Source: Podarcis vaucheri (taxonomy: Eukaryota). From it: DNA of 64,000 bases. The DNA is taken from the NCBI GenBank assembly GCA_965113315.1, contig OZ220366.1; one strand, 5' to 3'. Positions 41,280-51,300 of this stretch are shown here, piece by piece. How positions within the stretch are numbered: position 1 is the stretch's first letter; every line of letters begins with the position of its first letter. The translations under genes and the position numbers were made by a program. Below the pieces are notes generated by a model. It did no database searches. It saw nothing but the letters and a program-made list of their open reading frames with translations, and was not told the origin of the DNA.

Positions 41280-42750
41280 GCGCCCCGCTTCCCGAAGCCT
41301 CTTCCTAGGAGTCCCGGCAGCGCTCCGTAGGCATCCCTCGCCTGAGTCGGACGGCTTCCTCGCTCCGCTCTGCCGTCGTCGGGCAAAGCGGCCGGCCTCT
41401 CTTTCGCAGCCTCCTCACGCCGCTCCGTCTTGTCTTGCAGGCCCCGTGGTCCTCAGCACGCCGGCCCAGCTCATCGCGCCGGTGGTGGTGGCCAAGGGCA
41501 CCCTCTCCATCACCACCACAGAGATCTACTTCGAGGTAGACGAGGAGGACCCGGCCTTCAAGAAGATCGACCCTAAAGTGAGTACAGGATCCAAGTGGGG
41601 GGGGGTGGGAAGAGGAGGGGGTGGTTTCCCATAACCATGAATTGAGGAATGCTCCCAAGTGCCTGGAAGCGCCCCTCTCCTTGCCCCCCTTCGTCTGACT
41701 CCGTGGCTGTTTTATTTAAGAGCGCGGCGCGTTAATGATGTAAAATCCGCTCTTACTCCCGCGCTCGCTTTTTAACAAATCTCCCCCCCCCCCGCACTTC
41801 CCCCCGAAGGCCTTTGTATGAACGTGGGCAGATTTAGCAGTTAAGCCAATTGCTCGGAAATCCCTCGAGGTAATGGCGGGCCCGCACTCCAGCCTCTTTC
41901 CTCGGGCACCCGTGGCAGACAAGGAGACGCGCTCCCTCTCCGTCTGCCTTCGATGCAGTCCCCAGGGACTGGAGCTTCCGCTTCTGCGCGGGTGCGCGGT
42001 GCAGGGGCGCGCGGAACAGCTATTGCACAGCCTGGGCCTGTAGGAACTAGCAAGCTTGGGGTGCGCAAAGACAGAATCTCTCCCGAAGACCCCTGGAGCA
42101 AGGAGATAGAGCGGAGATTTGCCTTGTTACAGAATTCAAAAGTTCACGTCAATGTCGTTTTCCTTCTCTCCAGATCTATAGTGATATTGTTACTTTAATT
42201 TCACTTTCGTAGCCTTGTGTAAATACACACTATTGTGGCCTCAACGTCGAGGCCATCCGTCTGTTGCCCGCCTGCCAACCTTGACAGGAAGAATTAAAAG
42301 TGTCTTCCGGATTTTAAAACACACACGCAAGCAAAGCAAAACAAAACAAAACAAAACAAAACATGGAGTTGGGTAACATGGCGAGTCTAACGGTTTTGCT
42401 GCAGCGCATCCAAGCGCGGGCAGAGCGCAGCTGAAGTTTGAAACAGCATCACCTGGGCAGATCTTGAGCACATTGTTGCACCCCCTCAATGCTTGCCGGG
42501 ATATTTGCCCTTTGGCTGAATCACGGTTTGCATCCGGAAGGAACTGCCTGCTGCGCTCTCTGCAAGGGCAGGACGGGGCTTCTGGCGGAGGCGGCTCCTT
42601 TGCTCCGGCGGGGCCTCCGGAGAGGCCGGCGCTCGCTTTTTCCAAACACAACTGGCGGCGGCTTTATGGCCAGGCTGGTGATGTTTAGGGCAAAGGTAGC
42701 AACATTCTTTACCTGCCGATTGTTGGCTTGACCCCCGCAAATCTCTGAAC
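41280..42750. promoter_or_regulatory. CpG island overlapping an NBEA exon
   Basis: Dense CpG across and around exon 41441-41577. Confidence 0.7.
41441..41577 (+). CDS. NBEA: Neurobeachin internal coding exon (start of the BEACH-associated PH domain), 137 nt, phase 1->0
   Basis: Acceptor tcttgtcttgcag, donor AAA|gtgagt; translates (G)[45 protein letters not shown]; in phase with the 23887 exon. Confidence 0.96.
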
Positions 42751-43150
42751 GTTGCAGCTTCCCCCTCCCTTCTCTCCAAGTGCTGTTAATTTTGTTACAA
42801 ACTAGGCTCGCTTGGGTAATGCGTGCCTTCAGCTTGGTTCAAAACCGGACAGCCACGTTAGCCTGGCCCACTAAATCTTTTGAGTAGTAGATTTATTTCC
42901 TGACGGTTGTAAAAATGTTACTCGCTTAATTGCCACACACCGGAGTGTGACCGATGTCGATGGCCTTCAGGACCCCATTTTTTTAGGGTAGGCTACACCG
43001 ATTTTTATCTTCGTTTTAAATTATGCTACTTTTAACAGGCCGTCAAGGGCTTCAGACCCGCTTTACACCGCCCCTCCCCGCCCCCCAAAAAGAGAGAATG
43101 TAGCAGACTGAGGGCTTTCATGGAATCCAGCACTGAAACTCTTAAGCATA

Positions 43151-43171
43151 TTTATTTTACTTTTATTTATT
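43151..43171 (-). terminator. Probable MAB21L1 polyadenylation signal cluster
   Basis: Three TTTATT (AATAAA on -) at 43151, 43162 and 43166, at the end of an ~0.9-kb AT-rich 3' UTR-like tract. Confidence 0.6.
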
Positions 43172-44052
43172 AGCTTGTAATTAAATAAAATCAGCAACAG
43201 AAATTTAAATCACAAAAAGTAATTATCCAGTGTATTTCAAGTGCATTTTTCCAATATATAATTCCAATATTCACAATTATATAAGCAAAATCCAAATTTC
43301 TTCTGAATATATTTAAATAACATTTCAAGTATATTTATGGAATGGTAGAAATAGAACAAGCAATATATTTGAAACAAAAAAAATGTAAACTTCTTTTTAG
43401 CTTAGACACTTCAAAAGACAAGTAACAAAAGTACCATGATAAAATCTACCTTTTTTTTAAGCGGTATCTTCTTGAGCAGAAAATGTCCTGAAGTATCCAA
43501 AATGGCAATTTAACTTCTTTTCACCAAATCACAAAACACTAACACCCACAATTTCAAAGACAATGTGAGATCACAATATTCCATACAATTTTTTTAAAAA
43601 AATGTACAGGGGAAGAGTTGGGACAGTTGTGGTTTGTTTTGTTTCTTTTCCTATCTAACGGTTGTGGTTATTTGGGTGGCATCTTCAGATTCTCTCTTAC
43701 TCGCACAAAAATCCCGGCCTCGTTATAATCCATTGGTCTGGTTTCTAGGCGGAGTGGTCACAATCAGGCTAAAAACGGCAGCCCATATTGCATTTCCCCT
43801 GGTGATAATCATACACGGTTTCGTTTCGTTTTGTTTTCCGGGCAGGCTTTTAAAACCGGGATACCGGCAAGAGTCATAATACTTGCAGTTGGCTTGGTGT
43901 GCGTGTGCGCGCAGGCGGGCAGCCTCTTCCCCGAACGCAGGGCGACGTTTGCCCCGTAAAACCCAGCAGAATCCTCCGAAGAGAAAGGCAGTTTTTTCTT
44001 TTGTTTTCGCGGGGGAGAGAAGAATAGTGTCAGGCCGCCGCTGGCTGGCCCT

Positions 44053-45132
44053 CTAAAGTTTCTCCAAACTTTTGGGGTTGGTGAGGATCTCCCTGGCCAG
44101 CCGCCACGTTTGTTTGGCCGCGTTTTCGAGGGCCGAGTGCGGCTTGCCCTGGAAGAGGTCTAAGTTGGGCAAGAAGTAGTGCGGGCAGCGCCTGCACTGC
44201 AGGCACGAGATGAGCTGCAGCAAGATCCCGTTGAGCCGGTCGCCCAGGCACGACTCGTCCCAGTCCGACTCGCGGGGATGCTTCTCGCACTCGTACGACA
44301 CCAGAGTCTTCATGTGGTAGTTGTTGAGCGGCTGGCCGGGCAGCTCCAGGTGGCGATCCCGCAGCGTCTTGAGGATGGAGAGGCACTTCTTGCGGCAGCC
44401 GCCCATCTGCAGCCGGTTCTCGGCCTCGGCGAACTGCAGCACCCAGGCGTCGCTCTCGGCCGAGCTCTGCTTGCCGGCCAGCGAGTGGCACTCCTTGGAG
44501 AGCAGGTTGAAGCCCTCGGCCTTCACCTCGGCCACGCGGTTGGGCCCCGGCCAGGGGATGTGCGGCAGCGGCCAGTGCGCCGCGCTGCGCGGCCAGATGC
44601 CCGTGCACTTGAAGGCGGGCGTGATCTGCACCACGTAGCGGTCGCGGATGCGCAGCTTGACCTCGCTGGTGTCCGCCACCATCTTCACCACGTCGCGGTA
44701 GCTGCACTTGTCCACGGCCTGCGCCACCAGCGTCTGGAAGCGCGAGCGGATCTTGCGCGCCGACAGGTAGCCCGAGGCCGTGATGAACTCCACCCAGAGC
44801 GACATGCTCCGCTTGCGCCCGTCGCTCAGCTTGAGCACGGCGCAGCCGGGCAGCGAGCCGTCGTCGACGAAGTTGAAGACGCCCATCTGGTTGAGGTAGA
44901 GCACCACCTCGAACTCGGTGGGCGAGATGACCTCCAGGCCCTCGTAGCGGTTGTCCATCTCGTTGAGGGAGCTGATGAAGCGCGGCTCCTGCACCTCCAC
45001 CTCCTTCAGCACGTCCGACACCACCTTGCACACCTCGCGGATGGTCTTGGCGATGGCCGCCTTGCGCGCCTGGCACTTCTCGTTGTAGTATTTGTTGAGG
45101 TGGTACACCAGCTTGGCCTGCGCCGCGATCAT
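44053..45132 (-). CDS. MAB21L1: Mab-21-like 1 (cGAS-like nucleotidyltransferase fold), intronless, 359 aa, nested antisense in an NBEA intron
   Basis: AAC-ATG at 45132 through TAG at 44053; MIAAQAKLVYHLNKYYNEKC...LTNPKSLEKL; residues YNEKC, LNEMDNR, ECHSLAG and SLEKL distinguish it from MAB21L2; NBEA host fits. Confidence 0.99.
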   Translation of the reverse strand: MIAAQAKLVYHLNKYYNEKCQARKAAIAKTIREVCKVVSDVLKEVEVQEPRFISSLNEMDNRYEGLEVISPTEFEVVLYLNQMGVFNFVDDGSLPGCAVLKLSDGRKRSMSLWVEFITASGYLSARKIRSRFQTLVAQAVDKCSYRDVVKMVADTSEVKLRIRDRYVVQITPAFKCTGIWPRSAAHWPLPHIPWPGPNRVAEVKAEGFNLLSKECHSLAGKQSSAESDAWVLQFAEAENRLQMGGCRKKCLSILKTLRDRHLELPGQPLNNYHMKTLVSYECEKHPRESDWDESCLGDRLNGILLQLISCLQCRRCPHYFLPNLDLFQGKPHSALENAAKQTWRLAREILTNPKSLEKL

Positions 45133-45281
45133 GTTGGGACAGAGATCCGGGTTGTAGACCGGAGTCTCGCAGTACGCGCTGGGATCCAATGCGGCTGCTA
45201 AGGCGGGAGCCAACTTCAGACGGGAATCCGGACGCCCGGCGCGGGGAAGCGGAGCCCCAGGCCGCCCAAAGGCGCTGCTCT

Positions 45282-45302
45282 CGCCGCCGCCGCCGCCGCC
45301 GC
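45282..45302 (-). repeat. (GCG)7 trinucleotide repeat flanked by CAG units in the MAB21L1 5' leader
   Basis: Minus strand GAGCAGCAGAAAGAGCA(GCG)7AGAGCAGC. Confidence 0.9.
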
Positions 45303-45769
45303 TGCTCTTTCTGCTGCTCGGCTCCTCCTCCGCTCCGAGGCTCGCTCGCAGGCTGTCTTTCTCTCTCCTTGCAGGCTGGAGGTGGACACTTCTGCCCCGG
45401 ATAGATCTCGGAGTCTTTCCCAAACACGCACAGGCACACAAACCCCTGGGTTTTTTGTTGGAAAGGATCCTTCAGGGAGCAGAGGAAAGCATGGAAGAGC
45501 TGCAGTTAAAAAAAGGGAAGCAAAGTTTGCGCCCAGTTGCAGCCAGGCTCCCACCAGTCAAAATAATAACACATCGGAGCAGGCATTTATTTTTCTCCTG
45601 GAGTCACCACGGGGTGTGAGTGTGTGTGTGTCTGCGCGCAATGTTGGTAGTCAGATGGGGGGGGGCCGGATTTCTGGGTGTTTCTCTTTCTCTCTCTCCC
45701 CCTCTCTCTCTGTGTGTGTCTCCCTGTCTCTGAGTGTGTGTATATGTCAGGAGAAGCTTGCTGTTGGTT

Positions 45770-45890
45770 TGTATAAGAGCCCAGATGCACTCGCGTGGAA
45801 ATTATAAAGGCAGGGCCAGGCAGGCGGGCGGCCAATCGCCACTGGGCTCGTCACGGCAGCCTCTTCCAGCTCCAGCCTGGTTAATTAATC
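45770..45890. promoter_or_regulatory. Probable MAB21L1 core promoter (TATA, GC box, CCAAT, CRE half-site, TTAATTAA)
   Basis: ATTATAAAG 45801-45809, GGGCGG 45826-45831, CCAAT 45832-45836, CGTCA 45849-45853, TTAATTAA 45881-45888; ~670 bp upstream of the ATG inside a CpG island. Confidence 0.65.
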
Positions 45891-47499
45891 CCTCTCGGGG
45901 AGACAGAGAAACGCACAAACTCAAGGTAGGGGGCTGGTGGCAGAAAGGGACCAGCCAGGCCAGCGACCCATTGGGCAGGCGAGGAGGCGGAAGGCGGCTA
46001 CGGCTGTTGAGGAAAGGACTGCTTGCCACTCTTCTCGCCAGGCGTCCTCCGGAGCCTGCTCGTGGCGCAAAGGGGACCGCAGGTGCCAGGAACCCGGCAC
46101 CCTTCTCCCGGCGAACTGGAGAGGCGCTTCGCTCCGGGGAAAAGGAAGCGGAGACATCACATGCGAAAACTTGGCTTCAACTGGCGCTGCCTGATAGACG
46201 TTGGAAACAGCTGGGAAGTTCTCCGCTTGTCAACCGGGCTAGCCTAGTGTTAGAAAGTCACCGGTTGTACGATAGAGGGGAAATATGTACCAGGAGCAGC
46301 AGCCTCCTCCTCTTTCTTCTTCCTCCCCAATTAAATAGCACAAAAGGCGAGCTGACGGGTCTCAATCGATTGGATGCAAATGGAGGCGCGTTTTTTACCT
46401 GGCTCTTTAGATTGGTAGCAGCTGAAGGAAGCGACCAGTTGCTGGCGGGCTTGACAGTTTTCCGGATTGAGTTTCCGAAGACGCGCAGCCCTGGCGAGCA
46501 ATGAGTCAGTTGCCTTGTTGCCGCCTTTGTGTACCGCACGTGTCGCAAAGGTGCCCAGCCGCCTGCGCTGTCATTAGCAGCAACATTGTGGCAAAGTAAA
46601 TGGCAACTCTTAATGGTCTGAAGTGGGCAGGTTTCTGCACCCCACCTCACCCCCGTGTGGACTGTATTTGCAGTCTGGGTGGATTGTAATGGGAACGCGA
46701 CAGAGGAGGAGCGGGAGAAATCGCGGTCAAGCGGGCAGGCAGCTTTTCTGTCCCATTTGCACAGTCCAGGTTTAGGGTAGCTCTAGTTATGAGCCACTAT
46801 CCCCTCCAGTGCCTCCAAGCAGGGCTGTTGGTTGCGCATAGCCGGCCAAACCTTCTGGTTTGCCGCCTGCTCTCTTGTTCCAAGAAGCAACACAGTTCGG
46901 AACTGGGAGGGGAGCCCTGGAGCAGCTCCACCTTCCCCTCTCCCTTGAACGGCTTCCAAAAGCATCTATGAGCATCTTAATGTTAAAATTAATTGGGTGC
47001 TGTCTAGGGAAAGTTAAGCGCGCTTTAGTTAATTCGAAATCAATGGGATTTAAGCCTGCATCCTAAAGATGTCGCTCAGAAATATCCATTAAAATCAATT
47101 AATAAGCGTAAAACTAGACTGATGGGTGTTTAAAAAATATTTGCTGCTCAAGCCTATATACGTCTACTCGTAATTAAGTCCCACTGAGTTCAATGGGACA
47201 TACTCTCAAGTAAATGAATATAGAATTTTAGAGCCTTAAGCTGGTGCCTAAACCCCATTGATTTCAGTAGAAATCAGGCGCGCTTGATTTGCCCTGAATT
47301 TAAGCCCCTTTGTTTATCAGTTGCTCCCTTAAATCTGATGCATGTCTACTTAGAAGTAAGGCCAACTGAGTTCAATCGGGTTTACTGCCAAGGAACGGAA
47401 TAGGATTGCAACCTTATCCTCCTGCGCTCTTGCAGAATTCGTTCGGAGCTCGGGTGTCAATTATTATTATTATTTCGTTGCACTGAATAGACCTGCTTC

Positions 47500-48330
47500 C
47501 AGAAAATGGTGAACTTCCTTATCGCCCGGCCCTAAAGGCATTTGCTTCCAAGCAAGTCCATCGACAAGTCGCGTGTTGGGCATTGCAGCAGCCCGGTCCC
47601 ATTAGGATCCTATTGTGGCTGCTTGGCCCTTCAGATCACCTTTGCGTCTAGCGATCTGTTTGGGTTGCCTTCACTGCGCGCTTCTCCTGGCGTGTTAGGT
47701 CGTTGAATTAGGTAGAGGCGAAAGGAGGAGAAACCGGAGCCGCCGCCCAGGGCGCGGGGAGGCAACGGTAGCGCATCCTCCTGTGGACGCAGGGCTTTGA
47801 GGATGAGGATGTGGCGGGGCGCGCATTTTCTGCGCGGCCGTTTTCTGTCTGGGCAGGGATTGCAAACGGCGTCGAGACGCTTCCAGACAGCAGCTCAGCA
47901 GCGTGGCCTTGCCTGAACTTAGCTTCAGAAATGTGCGTGGGGCAGGGAAGGATCGTGGGCGAGCAGATAGGTTGGGGTCGAGCAGCCGAACAACAGGTGG
48001 AGGGGCGCCAGGAGAGACGCTGCGCAAGCAAATCTCTTTCCCGCAGAGAAGAGACCCGTCTCCATCCAGTCCTGCTATTTCCCTTCGCCCTCTTGCCTCT
48101 AAGAGGCTAAGACTTGAGCCTGCGAAGGGGAAAGGCACTAGCGTGGCGCTCTCACATTTTATCTCCTTCATCCCGAGGGTGTTTGGGGTCGATGGGAGAA
48201 GGGACCAGGCTTCTGCGCAAGGAGAGTCTGGCAAGCATCTCGACTTTGCTCCTCTGAACCGGGAGCCCGGCCCCGGAGCACAGCCCCTGCACTTCTTTTT
48301 AACAGTGCTGTATTAGTAGCGAGCAGGCTG
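47500..48330. promoter_or_regulatory. CpG island upstream of MAB21L1
   Basis: Dense CpG/GC with a sharp boundary to AT-rich DNA near 48350. Confidence 0.7.
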
Positions 48331-51300
48331 TGTTGCCCAAATACAGAAATTTAGCTGGAACTGTGCAGTGAACTACTGAATCGCTTAGTAAAGGGGAAAA
48401 CACACAGTAATAAATTGAAATTCGGTTCTCAGTGGAGGTGCAACAAAACTCCTCTGTGATAATTGAAAATCTTCACAACAAAGCACTCTCCTGAAGTGGT
48501 TCCTCTATGCTCTTCTAGCTGCTGAGATGACACATACAGCGAAGTCTTTAGACTTATATTTTGCTTGTTTCTATAATGATAAGGTGAAGGTTAGAATTAA
48601 CTCCCTTTAAAATTCCTTACATTGGTTAGGATTGAGCTATAAATGGGTTGAATTATCTGTTACGCCACAAAGTTGTTAATGTTTCTTGCAGAATATTGTC
48701 ATTAAATATAAAATAATTACAGAAATTTATAAGCCTGCATTAGCAAAATGTTGCTACACCTCATATTGTGATCTGTGCATGTCTACTTTGTATGTAAAAT
48801 ATAATTAATTCAGTGGAACTTACTACTTGGTAACTATGTATGGAATTGGAGACTAAAACTGCAAGCTTATGTACTTGGGAGCGTAGGTTCTGTTGTAGGC
48901 AATGATTGAACTCCAGTTTCACTAGAATAAATATTCCTTTATAAATTTATAGATCAAGCTGCTTTTCACATAGTGTTAAAAGTTTTGATTCTTTAAAATT
49001 AACTCAGTAACTGATGCAGTTGGTCCAGATATTTTGATTTATTTGAACTGTAAACTTAATCTAATAAATATAGAAGGCTAACATTTAGGGAATATTATAT
49101 TATTATTATAATATTAAAATATTGAATTTGTTGTTGCATACAAAAACATGTAGGCACTGAGAAAAGCTGTGTAACATAACAATGATGTTATAGAATTTAG
49201 CATACTAGATTAAAATTAATTCCAATTTTTAAACATTTTGTAAGGCATTTTTTTTAAGGTGTTTGGAAGTTTTTCACATCCACTTGTAGTATGGGTGTTT
49301 AGAACTAGTCTAGATACAAAATTCAATGTGAACTTTAATTTTATTTTTAAATTTTAGTCCTGCCAGGATTTATGCCAGTTTTAATTACACTGAATCCAAA
49401 TGCAACTAAATTGAATGAATCCCTGTGCTTCTCTTTGTGATGAATTGGACTGAATGTTAACAAAGACTTTTAGACTTCATAGTCATACGGAAGTCTCACA
49501 TTAGATGAAAAAATATAAATTAAGATGCTTGTTTGAAGGTGGTTAGCACACTTTACATATGCTCCTATATTTAAAATAGTCAGTTTTCTGTTTTCATTAT
49601 ATCCACCTATCAACTGAATCAAGTTTGGTCTTAGCGATAAGGACTTCTATCAGCATAGCAAGATGAAAATAACCCAGTGGAAATTAGGATTGCTAATTGT
49701 GTAAGGAATTAAAGGTGTAGGGAAGTCTGAGGAGTGACTTTCTTCAAATTCTGCTGTTGTTGTTCCTGTTGCACAGTCTTGCTCACTTTTACAGACTCTG
49801 CTGGGAACTCCCGCTCCTATACTTTCACATAAAATAATTTGTGCAATATTGTTGCAGTATTATTCAAAAAGCCTATCTCAGTTGGAAAAGAAGTGTGCCT
49901 AGACTGATTTTATGTTCAGCAAACATAATTTATTAATTAGCAACTTCATTTGTAATTTTACGAATATTGGCTTTCCAGCTAGAGAAAACGTGTTGGTTGC
50001 TTTGAATTCACAAGCTCTTCTATTTATGCCACATTGAATTCTCTTTGTGTAGTTGTGATTCTTCACACCACTGTTCATAAGTTTAAAGTCTTGTTTTTTA
50101 ATATCTGTGTATTGCACTAGGGAGACAGAATATGAAGTGGGTTTTATTGAATTATTTATCCCTGTTGTTGGAGTGGGTTTGAAGGCTCATTTAATGTATC
50201 TGATATTCTAACAGTTCTCCACCCCCACCCATTTCATTACACATCATCCTGCAAGCCAAAATAAATTTCTTTTTTGCACTAGAGAAATGAAGCATACATC
50301 TTTGTAGCAGATTCACTTTTATTGTCATTGGGGAAAAAATAAAGGTGTATTTTCTTCCAGTTTAATTTATGGTGACTTTGAGTTTTTGTATTTCTTTTGT
50401 TATGACTTTTTCAAACTAAGAGTGAATAAAGGGGGGAAACATACTATTAAAAGGGTAATCAGAGTAATGTCCATAATGCTTTTTTCATGTTTATAATTTT
50501 TTAATACTTTATGCAGATAGAATGCATTATTATATTACAAAGGATTTGTGCGTAAGTTTATTTATTTACAGTTGCTTAGAGAGAAATTTCACAGGGTACG
50601 ACTCATGCAAAAATTAAGACTGCGGCCATACCATTAGTACTTGACACAGTTACAGTCCCAGAGCTTTTTTTACACATACATTCTCTGTTCCAGATTTTGC
50701 TGAACTACAGCTCCCATCATTCCATTGGCCATGTTGGCTGAGGCTGATGGGAGTGTTCCATGGCTGGTCTAGAGAGAATTATGTTCTCTGCTCTTTTCCC
50801 TCCCCTTGTTACTTCCTTTCTCCAAAACATTGCAAATCTATTACAAATATTTCAGCAGTGTCATTCGGCTTTTGGAAAAAAAAGGTGAACAGGGTTATTT
50901 CCACAGTGACTCTGTTTGCGGTTAAGTTGATACAGTTTTCCAATTCTCTGCCTGCCTCCTTTGCATTCTGACTGAGAAGTGCCCCCACTCACTGGACCCC
51001 AAACCCAGTATTGTAATGATGTTTAGGGATGGTTGTTGTCTGTTTTCCTGTTTCCCATGTCCCAGATAATCCATCACAGCATGTCTGAGGAGGGAATTTT
51101 ATAATCTGTGTTTTGATAGCTGCCATGGGCTGCTCAAGCCTCTTCTCCTGTCTCTTTGAAATGCAGTTTTTTCATTCCCCCTCCTCTGCCAAAGCACTAT
51201 CCTAACTGCTTTCCCCAGATGCATAATTTAGTGCTATGATTCTTGGGAAGCAAGAATTAAAACAGTACAAGCAAAAATCGCATGTGAGTACTGTGTATCA

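Noticed and set aside
41401-41440. Alternative acceptor at 41409 (ctttcgcag)
   Set aside because: Would add 31 nt and frameshift; the branch-like CTCAC lies downstream of it, favouring 41440
44179-45201. 340-aa + strand ORF antisense to MAB21L1
   Set aside because: Shadow ORF: near-total GC3 in MAB21L1 removes antisense stops; no recognisable homology
44030-45439. 469-aa alternative-frame ORF overlapping MAB21L1
   Set aside because: Stops in this frame need T at MAB21L1 third positions, which are nearly absent; no AUG; low-complexity A/G/R/P product
45214-45441. Full 103-aa extension implied by the 462-aa ORF call
   Set aside because: The distal part is low-complexity leader starting at an arbitrary TTG; only the proximal 27 codons look coding-like
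45734-46504. 256-aa + strand ORF over the promoter
   Set aside because: Non-AUG start, GC-rich CpG-island sequence, no recognisable domain
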